Shown here: positions 43,421 to 53,400 of the stretch, piece after piece
Numbering within the stretch: position 1 is the first letter of the stretch
Layout: each line of letters starts with the position of its first letter
Assembly: GCA_000004985.1 (NCBI GenBank)
Contig: GG738845.1
Direction: 5' to 3' (one strand)
DNA length: 64,000 nucleotides
Source: Naegleria gruberi
Lineage: Eukaryota
The notes under the pieces: model-generated
Told to the model about the DNA's origin: nothing
What the model saw: only the letters and a program-made list of their open reading frames with translations
Database searches by the model: none
Translations under genes and position numbers: made by a program

Positions 43421-45718
43421 ATGCAACCAAACCACTTTTACCCCAACAATAATGCAGGTTTTGGTTTTCATCACCAACCACCAATTCCAATTCCATCATC
43501 ATCTGGTATGATTTATAATCCACAACCTGTGGCTTCTCTTCACAATGACCTTCCGACATCATCACTGATGGTCAATCATTCTCCTCGTAATGTATCACCT
43601 CCACCTTCTTCCATTCCGAATCATGCTCATCAATTTAATTCTTTATCATCACCTCATCCGATATCGATCAATTTAAAACAATCATCAGAGACAATAATGA
43701 TGGACAGTATTAAACTAAACCAATATGAAAATACAATTTATTTAAACCAATTGAGTTATTCAAAAGACTTTGAAATACATCGGAGGAAAATTACAAGTGA
43801 TCTGGAACAAATCAAACTCTTAAATTCAGAAGTGACCCAACTCAAGTCTCAAATTAAAACCCTAAACGAGAAACGAAAGGAATTTCTCAAATCGCTCTAT
43901 GGAAATCATTCAATCATGAATGATGATGACGAGGAGGACGAAGATGAATTGGATATGGAAACTCTATTGATGGAATATGAATATAATGTAAATAATGACA
44001 TGTACACTCCCCATTACCTACCTAAATCAATACCTCAAACCTTATTGAATAACAATATAATGACGAGTAATCAGAGCAATGCTAATACTATGATTAATAA
44101 TAATGGCACAGCTGGTAATAGTAATGGTCACCAAATACCAAATAATGTAAATATGAATCATCAACATCCTCCTCCTCATATCCATTCGAATTATCAATCA
44201 TCATCTTCACATTTAAATTCAAAGTCATTGAGTGCTGTTCCAACTATATCAACAACAGCAAATAAGATATCACAGATAGAAGAATTAGAACAAGTAGAGC
44301 AAAGAGAAATTTCTAGTACCAATCACCCCCACCATTGGAATCATCCTCCTCCTGTTAATAATACCACATCCACTGCTCAACAAACAATAGCCAGTACAAC
44401 TAATACACCTAGGAAACAACATAATCAACAACAAACACCCTCAAATATCATACCACCTCAACAGCACGATGATGCTACAAGTGTCTTTACCACAACCAGT
44501 AATAATTCCAATAACTTTAGAGTTACTACACCATCCAAATCAAAACCTACAGCAACAACAACACCATCTGCCAACAATACCTCCAAGCATAACCAAAGTT
44601 TGAATGAATCTAGGATGGATGATAATGTTTCTACAATCTCACTAAATACATCAAGAACAAGCATTAACAAATCTAAGAATAAGACTAATCTTATTGTTGA
44701 ATCAAAGAAGAGGAAGGAAATTGTGGATATTGATGATAGTGATGACGAAGATGCCAAGTTTTCTCTATTCAAGAGTCCTAAAAAACCAAAACAAGATAAA
44801 ACAGTTAAGGAACTCATAAAACTCAAAAAGAGACAAGAAATTGAAAAACAAAAGAAATTACATTTGATGAATAGATTCGATGATAGGGAATATATCGTCA
44901 TTACAAATAATTCAACACCACCCCAAGTTGAAAAGATTGAATTAAAAGCTGAACAAGAATCAACTCCAAAATCAAAGCAAACACCAACAGAAGAGGAAAT
45001 TGAAGAAGAGGTTATCAAGTCACCAACTATTCACCAACAGGTAGTGAACTTGGTCGAAGAGGAAAACTCTATTGGAGACGACATTCTCTACTACTCCCTC
45101 CTGAGTGGTTGTGTGAAAAAAGATGAGCCTAATAATGATGTCATCCAACCTTCCGAAAAGAAAAAGTCAAGCTCACCACCTCATGCCAATTATAATGGTG
45201 GTGGGGTTAGCTCATCAAATCATTCCAATGAAAAAACAACTAAGAATGTTGCTGTAAATATTCCACCCCAAAAAGATAGTGAACTAAGCCAGTCCGAAAG
45301 TTCTAGCAGTGAGGAAGATGATACCTATGGAAAGTATTTCAAATCAACTAGGAAAAAGAAAAAATCTAAAAAACCAGGCATTGAATGTGAAGACTGCAGA
45401 GAATTCTATTCAGCATGCTTTCCTGATGACGAGGAGAAAAGAAATCGAATTATCAGAGAGTGTTCAAGGCACAGACATGGCCACCATCACCCCAATAAGA
45501 GTCCCTCTTCTCTCAACCAATCTCCAATAATTGTTGGAGCTCACCAAGCACCCTCATCAACACCACATCAACAATCAACTTCTTCCACTGCTGCCAAACC
45601 TTCTGTGAATTTTGACTCAGTTCCTGGCACACCTCCTGAATATTGGAATTTAGGTGATGGTCCAACTGATACATTTGTAGAAAATGAAGATGAAACGCAA
45701 CTTTCCAAGAGTTATTAA
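43421..45718 (+). CDS. CtIP/Sae2/Ctp1/Com1-family DNA end-resection factor
   Basis: The C-terminus CEDCREFYSACFPDDEEKRNRIIRECSRHRHG...GTPPEYWNLG matches the conserved CtIP C-terminal domain (human [45 protein letters not shown]). The N-terminal coiled-coil segment (LEQIKLLNSEVTQLKSQIKTLNEKRKEF) is consistent with the tetramerisation helix. The middle region is long and low-complexity (N/Q/S/T/P). Confidence 0.75.
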   Translation: MQPNHFYPNNNAGFGFHHQPPIPIPSSSGMIYNPQPVASLHNDLPTSSLMVNHSPRNVSPPPSSIPNHAHQFNSLSSPHPISINLKQSSETIMMDSIKLNQYENTIYLNQLSYSKDFEIHRRKITSDLEQIKLLNSEVTQLKSQIKTLNEKRKEFLKSLYGNHSIMNDDDEEDEDELDMETLLMEYEYNVNNDMYTPHYLPKSIPQTLLNNNIMTSNQSNANTMINNNGTAGNSNGHQIPNNVNMNHQHPPPHIHSNYQSSSSHLNSKSLSAVPTISTTANKISQIEELEQVEQREISSTNHPHHWNHPPPVNNTTSTAQQTIASTTNTPRKQHNQQQTPSNIIPPQQHDDATSVFTTTSNNSNNFRVTTPSKSKPTATTTPSANNTSKHNQSLNESRMDDNVSTISLNTSRTSINKSKNKTNLIVESKKRKEIVDIDDSDDEDAKFSLFKSPKKPKQDKTVKELIKLKKRQEIEKQKKLHLMNRFDDREYIVITNNSTPPQVEKIELKAEQESTPKSKQTPTEEEIEEEVIKSPTIHQQVVNLVEEENSIGDDILYYSLLSGCVKKDEPNNDVIQPSEKKKSSSPPHANYNGGGVSSSNHSNEKTTKNVAVNIPPQKDSELSQSESSSSEEDDTYGKYFKSTRKKKKSKKPGIECEDCREFYSACFPDDEEKRNRIIRECSRHRHGHHHPNKSPSSLNQSPIIVGAHQAPSSTPHQQSTSSTAAKPSVNFDSVPGTPPEYWNLGDGPTDTFVENEDETQLSKSY

Positions 45719-45746
45719 GCAATAGGAAAAAAATGAATAAATAATT

Positions 45747-48503
45747 TTATTCCAACAATGCAAAACAATACAATACTGGTGACTGATTTGAATATCTGGG
45801 AGTGGCATTTGAGGTTCTTCTTGATATGTTTTGATGGTAGCTACTGAGACTATTTTGATGATTTGAAGAAAAGTGCAAATTATTTGAATTGGCACCTGAG
45901 TTTGGATATGCAGATGCAAAGTCCATCTGAGGTTGGAAAACATCAAAGGCTTCGTAGGCCTTTGTAATGAGTTTGGTTTCATAGCTTTGAGGAATATCTT
46001 GTTTCAACTCTTCCATTTGATGAGTCATGAAATTGTAAACCTGAGATTTACACTCTTTTGAAATTGGCGTCAATCTTACATCCAAGTAATGAAGTTGAGA
46101 TCGCTCAAATTCAAAATTGATACTTGTTAAATTTTTACAAGAACTAATTTCCAATCTGAATAATTTGGAGAGCACCAGAGAATCTGAATATTCTTCCTCT
46201 TTGTGTTGACTTTTCTGAATAAGGCTACTAAGGTTGCTCATGTTATTGTTTCCACTGTGGTTAATGTTCTGTAGAGAACATGTACCTATTGGAAGATGTA
46301 AATTTCTAAGTTCATTACATGAATTCAATTTGAGAGTCAATAGCTCCAAGCTTGTAACTTGATTCAGAACGCCATTCCAAAGATCCTCATCATTAACACT
46401 CGAATAACTTAAATCTAAATGTAATAATCCACTACATTTGATAACTGGATGAGTCACATTTGAACAGTATCTCATCACTAGAGTTTCCAAATGTTTCATT
46501 TCAATGTGTGGCTTGACGAGTTTTTTACATTGTGAAACATTGAGTGTTTGTAAAACTCCAAAGAGTTGAGATAACATTTCTTCAAGTGTAGAATCTGTAA
46601 TACATGTATTGGTTAAATCCAAGTGACACAAGTTTTGACCCATCGTAAGGTAAATATTATTATTCATATTACCATACTCTATCATTTCATTCTTGAAATG
46701 AATTTGTGTCAAATTTCTATTATTTGAAAAGTCAATAATTTTCACTGTAGTATTATCTGATAGAGAAACATTTCTATATCTGAAAAGAGGAATACTTGGT
46801 GTCTTTAAATTACAATCTACAATTTCTAAATTTTCTAAAAATCTACAATTCTTAACAATTACATTCAAACTTTGATCATCAAGTTCATAAAATGAATGCA
46901 ATCTCAAGTTGACTAGATTATTAAAACGGATAATCAAATTTGTCAAATCCTCAATAATATCAATAGCCACTGACTTTTTCAAGAAGAATACATTTTCATT
47001 ACAATACACCATATCTAATGATTTAAATGACTGATAAATAATCTTGTACCACCATTTACATGTAAGTGCTAATATAGGAAATATTTCTTCAAAAATACAA
47101 TATTGAAATATTCTCAAGAATAAATCATTTGGTAATTGATAAATCTTTGAGGTTTGATCCAAATCCAATTTCAGAAATTCAATCACACTATCAAATGATA
47201 AAAAATCTGATTCCTTCACAGTATTTGTAAGGTATGAATCCAGATCAGAATTACCCTTGCACATTAAATCCAAATACGTTTGAAGTGACTCTTTTCTTTT
47301 TTGTACATTTTCAGGTTTAAAATTACCTATCAAGATTTTTGGTGGAAGTTTTGGCAGTTCCAAGTCTTTGGAAATTTCACAATTTTTCAATTTAGTTCTA
47401 TGCTCTTTCAGGAGTGATTTGTGTAATTTACTGAATTGAGAGTATCTCTTCTCTATGCACCATGAACGAGAGAAATTATTTCCCTTTCTAACTCGTAACA
47501 AGTATATCAAGTGTGCACCCTTTGTCATTTCATCATTATTATTCCTTCTACCTCCTCCGGGTGATAATGGTTCTTCAATGGGAATAGATGAATTATTGTA
47601 AGTATTTGTATAATTATTATAATTGTTATAATTGTTATTATAGTTATTATTATTGTAATTGTTGAAATTATTAGAATAATTATTGTTGGTATTGAAAATC
47701 ATTGGATTAGAAGAAACAACATTCGGAGTGCTTGGTTTTAAATTCTTCGATAATTGATTTTGATATTGAGAATATGGCATTTGAATATTCATTGAAGCAT
47801 CACAATATATAATATCAATAATATCAACAGTAGTATGTCTTTGTTGCTGATTTGCATTTTGATCAGCATTTGGTGATAGAGCATAATTATTGTAATAATT
47901 ATCATTAATTGTTGGTGCACTGCTATAGGATGTTATATTACTTGTTGGACTGGTGGAATCTTGCAAAGTATAACTGCTAGTTCCGACTCCACTTTTCAGA
48001 TAACAATCAACAAGATTTTCATTGATGAAATTGGAATTATTTCGTTGAAGTGTTTGTCTTCTCTTTCGTAGAAATTTAGAAGGTGAAGGTAAAATTGATG
48101 TTGATGATTGATTATCCTTGTTATTATTATTTAAATTGTTATTAGAATTAGAACGAGGCAAGAAGAGGGGAGGAATGAGATGAGCAAATAATCCACCTCC
48201 TCCTCCATTGTTGTGTTGATTATGATTGTTAGATGTTGTTGATGATGATGGAGGTATTAATTGATTAGTTGATGAAGTCAATCGTTTGATATCTTGTTGT
48301 AAGAGTGCATTGGAAATTACTTGAGGAGAGGAAACAGGCTGGCTATCTGATCGTTTACGATTGTTAGGATTTTCAATTTGAATGTTAGGTGTTGTTGTTG
48401 TTGTATGGGTAGATGATATTGGCACTCCCGAAGTAGAATGTCTTGTCGATGAGGAGGACGAAGAAGTAGTATTCAACAAGTGGTAATTATTATTGGTACT
48501 CAT
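45747..48503 (-). CDS. PX-domain + F-box + leucine-rich-repeat protein with long Asn/Ser-rich N-terminus
   Basis: PX-like segment RVRKGNNFSRSWCIEKRYSQFSKLHKSLLKEH...LPKLPPK...ENVQKRKESLQTYLDLM. F-box-like LPNDLFLRIFQYC. Then RNI/LRR-type repeats (LxxLxLxxC, NLxxLxL). N-terminal poly-N, poly-S and NNYNNNYNNY tracts. Confidence 0.65.
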   Translation of the reverse strand: MSTNNNYHLLNTTSSSSSSTRHSTSGVPISSTHTTTTTPNIQIENPNNRKRSDSQPVSSPQVISNALLQQDIKRLTSSTNQLIPPSSSTTSNNHNQHNNGGGGGLFAHLIPPLFLPRSNSNNNLNNNNKDNQSSTSILPSPSKFLRKRRQTLQRNNSNFINENLVDCYLKSGVGTSSYTLQDSTSPTSNITSYSSAPTINDNYYNNYALSPNADQNANQQQRHTTVDIIDIIYCDASMNIQMPYSQYQNQLSKNLKPSTPNVVSSNPMIFNTNNNYSNNFNNYNNNNYNNNYNNYNNYTNTYNNSSIPIEEPLSPGGGRRNNNDEMTKGAHLIYLLRVRKGNNFSRSWCIEKRYSQFSKLHKSLLKEHRTKLKNCEISKDLELPKLPPKILIGNFKPENVQKRKESLQTYLDLMCKGNSDLDSYLTNTVKESDFLSFDSVIEFLKLDLDQTSKIYQLPNDLFLRIFQYCIFEEIFPILALTCKWWYKIIYQSFKSLDMVYCNENVFFLKKSVAIDIIEDLTNLIIRFNNLVNLRLHSFYELDDQSLNVIVKNCRFLENLEIVDCNLKTPSIPLFRYRNVSLSDNTTVKIIDFSNNRNLTQIHFKNEMIEYGNMNNNIYLTMGQNLCHLDLTNTCITDSTLEEMLSQLFGVLQTLNVSQCKKLVKPHIEMKHLETLVMRYCSNVTHPVIKCSGLLHLDLSYSSVNDEDLWNGVLNQVTSLELLTLKLNSCNELRNLHLPIGTCSLQNINHSGNNNMSNLSSLIQKSQHKEEEYSDSLVLSKLFRLEISSCKNLTSINFEFERSQLHYLDVRLTPISKECKSQVYNFMTHQMEELKQDIPQSYETKLITKAYEAFDVFQPQMDFASAYPNSGANSNNLHFSSNHQNSLSSYHQNISRRTSNATPRYSNQSPVLYCFALLE

Positions 48504-49094
48504 CTCCTTTGTTTCTTGTTATTCTTGGTGATGAGGAGAAATGGCCGATCACAATTTTTTCAACAATTTCTAGAGTTGCAACTGGGATAAATTATTATTG
48601 CTCGGGTCTACTTTTATTTGCTAGTGTGTTATTCAAGTAGAGGAGTAACAATGATGAAGATGGGGGTTAATGCTGATGAATAGTAGTACTTGGTTTTGAT
48701 TTTTTCAAAGAGACAATTTGATTCTTCTCTGTGGCAGTAAATTGTTTGCTATGTGGGCATACTGCTTACTACCGTAAATCCAGAAACATGTATTATATGG
48801 AGTTGAATAATGCCAAGAAGAGAAGGGACACAAAAGTTGATCCCTCCACAGTGTTCGGTCATGAAAAAGTAGCGACACTGTGCACTCTCACAGAGATTGA
48901 GAACTGTTCTTGAGGATTCATTAAGCAATATTATCATGTAAAACAATTTTTTAAAACCACTAACTAACTCTATCACCCTTCTTCATATGATAAATTTTCT
49001 AAAGTTCCCTTATAACAACGAGTATTTTCAAAAACAAATAAGGTATTAAGAGTAAAAAGAATTGTAGTCAAGTTGAAAAAAAATTGAATGAGCA

Positions 49095-51366
49095 ATGAAT
49101 GAAGGTGGAGGAGTTAATTCAAATAGTGGATTTGGTGGTATTAGTTCTTGTAATAATAATAACATTAATAATGGAGGAGCCACATCTTCGGGACTGATAA
49201 ATATCAATAAGGAGGATCACAAACTAGTTGTAAATCAGGAACAGCTACTTCTCATGCAAAAGGAATTTTCCAAGCAAAAGATTCATCAAAAGGATTTAAT
49301 TCTTCCCGATTTGAATCATAATTTGCACTTTCACAACTCTCGTCGAGTTTCTGTCATAAAGCAGAGAAGAGTTTCTCTCTCCTCACAATCCTCATCACCA
49401 ACACATTTTGTTCCATTAGAGTTTTCGGAATTAACAAAGAAAAGATCAGCCTCTCCAGTTAAAACACATCAACAACGTTCCTCATCAACCATTTCGTTTA
49501 ATCAGCAGCATCGAAAATTTCAATCCTTTCATTCACCACTAGCATTGGAAGTTTCTAAAAGGTAAGTTTATGCATATTCACATTGCTCTTAATTTGCATG
49601 ATAAAAGAGAGCTTGTCAATAGGAGTGTACCCCTTAAATTAAGCAAACACAGCTCCTCTTTCACAACAAAAAAGGAGGAAGCCACAACTATCAACTCTGC
49701 AACATCTATTATCGAGAATGAAAGTGAGGAATTGTCAGAAGATGATTCAGATTTATTGACTAGTTCCGAAGATGAGCATCACTTTTCTACCTCGTCATCT
49801 GATGGAGAAGAGGAGGAAATTGAAATTCTTGCTCCTGAGGAATCAATTCAAGTTCAGAATAATGAATTGGAAACAAGTGATAGTGCTACAACTCCTTCAA
49901 TACCAGAAGAAATTAATGAGGTTCCATTCATTTCAGAGAATTATCGAGGAAATCTACTATTTGATGCCTCATTCGAATCTGGTAATTTGGACAGAGTGAT
50001 ACGAGTCGATGAGAATGAGTATGATCTCTACATTAGAGGTGATACATTCAGTGGAGGAAAACGAATGTGGTACTATTTCAAAGTTTCCAATGTTAAAAAG
50101 AATCAAAAGGTACTATTCACCGTTACAAATCTATGTAAAGATAAATCTCTCTATAGGAAGGGAATGACACCTCTAGTGTCGAGCACGAGTAGACCTCGAT
50201 GGGAAAGAATTCCTGAAAAACAAGTTTACTATTACAAGAAAACGGCCAAATACAACACCATTGTGAATAATAGTAATTTACTATCATTTGTATTTATATT
50301 TGATAATGAGCAGGATGATTATTACTTTTCCTATTCATTTCCTTATACATATACTGATTTACAAAAGTATCTATTTGTGATTGAGAGTAAGCAATTGAAA
50401 TATTTTCACAGATCTGTGCTGTGTAGAACGACACAGAATAGAAAATTGGATTGTCTCACTATTACTAGTGTTAATAATTGTAAAAATCACCACTATATCA
50501 ATAATGTAAATTTAAACTCTATATTTGAAAACATTCCTCATAACACACCAAGTACATCCACAATGTCCGAATTGACTGACATTTCACCAACGATTCTAAC
50601 ACCACCAAGCATAGCGAAAAACATTGTAATCACCAATGAACTCACCTTAGAAAGTCAAACTAAAAAGAGGATTGTATTTGTCACATGCAGAGTTCATCCA
50701 GGAGAATCACCAGCAAGTTATGTTTGTCATGGATTTATCAGTTTTATTTGCTCAAATCATCCAATTGCAGTTCAATTAAGAGAAATGCTCATTTTCAAAA
50801 TTGTACCCATGTTGAATCCAGATGGGGTAGCTATTGGGAACTATAGATGTTGCAGTATGGGATTTGATCTCAATAGACACTGGCTCAACCCTCAAGAATG
50901 GTCGCACCCAACTATTTACCACGTCAGAAAATACTTGCTTCAACTGAAACATGATCCAAACTTTCAAGTGGACTTTTTCATGGATTTACACTCACACTCT
51001 GGAGCAAATAATGGCTTTATGTATGTTAATTACACCTCGAAAACATCTCCAGATGATCAATTGAGATTCCCAAAATTGTTAAATGCAAGAGCAAGAGAAT
51101 TTTCAATGAATGACACAAAGAGGTGCAGAGATCCTTCAAAGATGGGAGCTTCAAGAAGAGTTCTTGGTCAGGTTTTAAATGTGGCAAAGTATTGTTACAC
51201 CTTGGAGGTTTCATTCTTTGGGTATTCGGCTGGTACAGATGTCCAACCCTCTTCGAAACATGTTCCATTTTCGATAGAGAACTATTTCAACTTGGGGAAG
51301 AATATGTGTTTGGCACTGGCCGATTTTTATGGCATTGAAACCCCTACATCTTCAGAAGATGTTTAA
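49095..51366 (+). CDS. cytosolic carboxypeptidase (M14 family, Nna1/AGBL/CCP-like) with low-complexity N-terminus
   Basis: Exon 1 49095-49561; GTAAGT...ATAAAAG intron 49562-49607 (46 nt); exon 2 49608-51366 in frame. CCP N-domain FESGNL...YDLYIRGDT and M14 core RVHPGESPASYVCHGFISF...NPDG...DLHSHS, with the expected His/Glu zinc ligands. Confidence 0.8.
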
Positions 51367-51512
51367 GAAAAATATTGTTCAATAAAAGGAAGGAACATTA
51401 TTTTTGTGTGTGAAAATAAATACATCTTTACTGTAAAACATACAAAATTGTTACAAAACACAAAGTTGCTCTTTTTAAGGATTACTCAACAATTTTTAAT
51501 GTTATCTTCGAG

Positions 51513-51603
51513 GGTGCGATGGTCGAGTGGTCTAAGACGACACGTTTAGGAGTGATAAATTCCGTGTTCCGCAAGGGCGTGGGTTCAAATCCCACTCGCA
51601 TCA
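51513..51603 (+). tRNA. tRNA-Leu (anticodon TAG) with 11-nt intron at canonical 37/38 position
   Basis: GGTGCGA TG GTC GAGTGGTCTAA GAC G ACACG TTTAGG [agtgataaatt] C CGTGT, then a long variable arm TCCGCAAGGGC, T-arm GTGGG TTCAAAT CCCAC, acceptor TCGCATC and discriminator A, followed by gTTTTTT. The D-loop GAGTGGTCTAAG and anticodon loop TTTAGGC are like known eukaryotic tRNA-Leu(TAG). Confidence 0.85.
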
Positions 51604-51846
51604 GTTTTTTATTCTTGCATTTAATTATTGGATCGTTTGTTGTGCATTAGGAATTGTAACTTAAACGGAGATTAACTTTGAATCACAATCTTAGCCTATG
51701 ATCAATTACCACAGAAGGAAAGGGTTGAATCTTTCGTTTACAATTTCTCTGGATTTCTTGATCGTTGCATCTTTATTTTATTCCAGTTCAACGTTGTGTA
51801 TATGAAATTAACCTGAACTAAAACAATTTACACAACAACAAAAAAA

Positions 51847-53232
51847 ATGAGTAAACGAGCAAGAGAGGATTTTAGTGAATATGAAAATTCACATTCCAAC
51901 AAAATAACAAAAAACGAATCTTTAGGAAATGATAAGAAATCATTATTTCCAGACGAAATTTACCATGAAATAATTTCCTTCCTCGATGACAAATTCAAAA
52001 TTTTAACTTGTTCTTTAATTTCAAAACAAGTTTTCAATGTTATTCGAAAATATTCGAAACTTATCCTCCGCTTTTGCAGACCGATTGAATCAAATGAAAA
52101 AATGATGAATAATCAATTTTTAGAAAATATTGTGGAATTGAGAATCAGCACAATAATGCTAAATGCCAAAGTTTTGGCAAATATTTTGGAATCTTTCAAG
52201 TTTATGACACAATTGACTTCATTGGAAATTCCTAATGTGGATTTGGGGGAAATTAGTGAAAGTTACTTTCATGTCAAGGATATTCCTAAAGCAGGTATAA
52301 TATTCTGTCAAGCAATTAGTCAATTAACCAATTTACAAAAGCTAAATGTTAACAATTGTAAAATTGGAAATTTAGGAGTTCAATTTATTACTCAATTAGG
52401 AAATTTAATGGAGCTCAGTGTTATCAATACAGGAATGGATGCCAAGGGATTGAACTTAATTGCTACCCGATTGAAAAATTTAACCAAGTTGCAGTTTAAT
52501 GGAACAGTGCAACATGTTACATCACTGTCAAACATGAAACAATTGACATCTCTTAGTATGGGATTTGATGTCGATGTAGATGTGAAGGGTGCTAAAGCAA
52601 TTAGTGAAATGAATAATTTGACAAATCTTAGTTTGAACACCAATGATGAAGGTCTTGAAGAAATTTGTAAAATGACACAATTGACCAGTTTAAAAGTTTG
52701 TGGATTTTATTTAACAACTTTAGGATTGAAGTTTCTACCTCGATTGAAAAAATTAAGAAAACTAAATCTTAATGATCATGAAGATTTTGGCAATGAAGGT
52801 GCCAAATTAATAAGTGAACTTGATCAACTGACAAGTCTAGAAATTAATGATATAGGAATTGATAAAAAAGGAGCCAAGTTTATTACCAATTTGAAACAAT
52901 TAACAAGCCTAACCATTTCTAATAACCCAATATTCAATGAAGGAGTTAAATATCTTACAGAATTGCCACAATTGACCAATCTCAATGCACGTTTTACTAA
53001 AATAGACAACGAAGGAGTCAAGTATTTGAGTGAAATGGCCAATTTGAAAATTCTAAATATCAAACGAAACTATGTACAAGATTTAGGAGTTGAATCAATT
53101 TGTGGAATGAAAAATTTAACTGAATTAGATATTGAACAGAATGAGATTTCGGAAGAAGGTGTTGCAAAACTCAAAGAAATGAAACAATTGAAAGTGTTAA
53201 AAAAGGCGGATCAACGAGCTTCAAAAGAATGA
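51847..53232 (+). CDS. leucine-rich repeat protein (RNI-like LRRs) with N-terminal F-box-like motif
   Basis: N-terminal LFPDEIYHEIISFLD. Then about 15 tandem 24-28-aa repeats with the pattern NLTxLxLxxNxIGxEGxKxIS. Confidence 0.7.
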   Translation: MSKRAREDFSEYENSHSNKITKNESLGNDKKSLFPDEIYHEIISFLDDKFKILTCSLISKQVFNVIRKYSKLILRFCRPIESNEKMMNNQFLENIVELRISTIMLNAKVLANILESFKFMTQLTSLEIPNVDLGEISESYFHVKDIPKAGIIFCQAISQLTNLQKLNVNNCKIGNLGVQFITQLGNLMELSVINTGMDAKGLNLIATRLKNLTKLQFNGTVQHVTSLSNMKQLTSLSMGFDVDVDVKGAKAISEMNNLTNLSLNTNDEGLEEICKMTQLTSLKVCGFYLTTLGLKFLPRLKKLRKLNLNDHEDFGNEGAKLISELDQLTSLEINDIGIDKKGAKFITNLKQLTSLTISNNPIFNEGVKYLTELPQLTNLNARFTKIDNEGVKYLSEMANLKILNIKRNYVQDLGVESICGMKNLTELDIEQNEISEEGVAKLKEMKQLKVLKKADQRASKE

Positions 53233-53400
53233 ATAATATAGTATTCAACATTCCAATTTTACATAATATTAACAATGAAAATTAAATACTTTCCCTACAT
53301 TGTTGTAAGGCTTTGTTGCTTCACTTAAATCTTGCCAATCTGAACATAGAGCAATGATAAATTTTTTATGGTCTAATTAACTAGTTGTCTTACTACGGTA

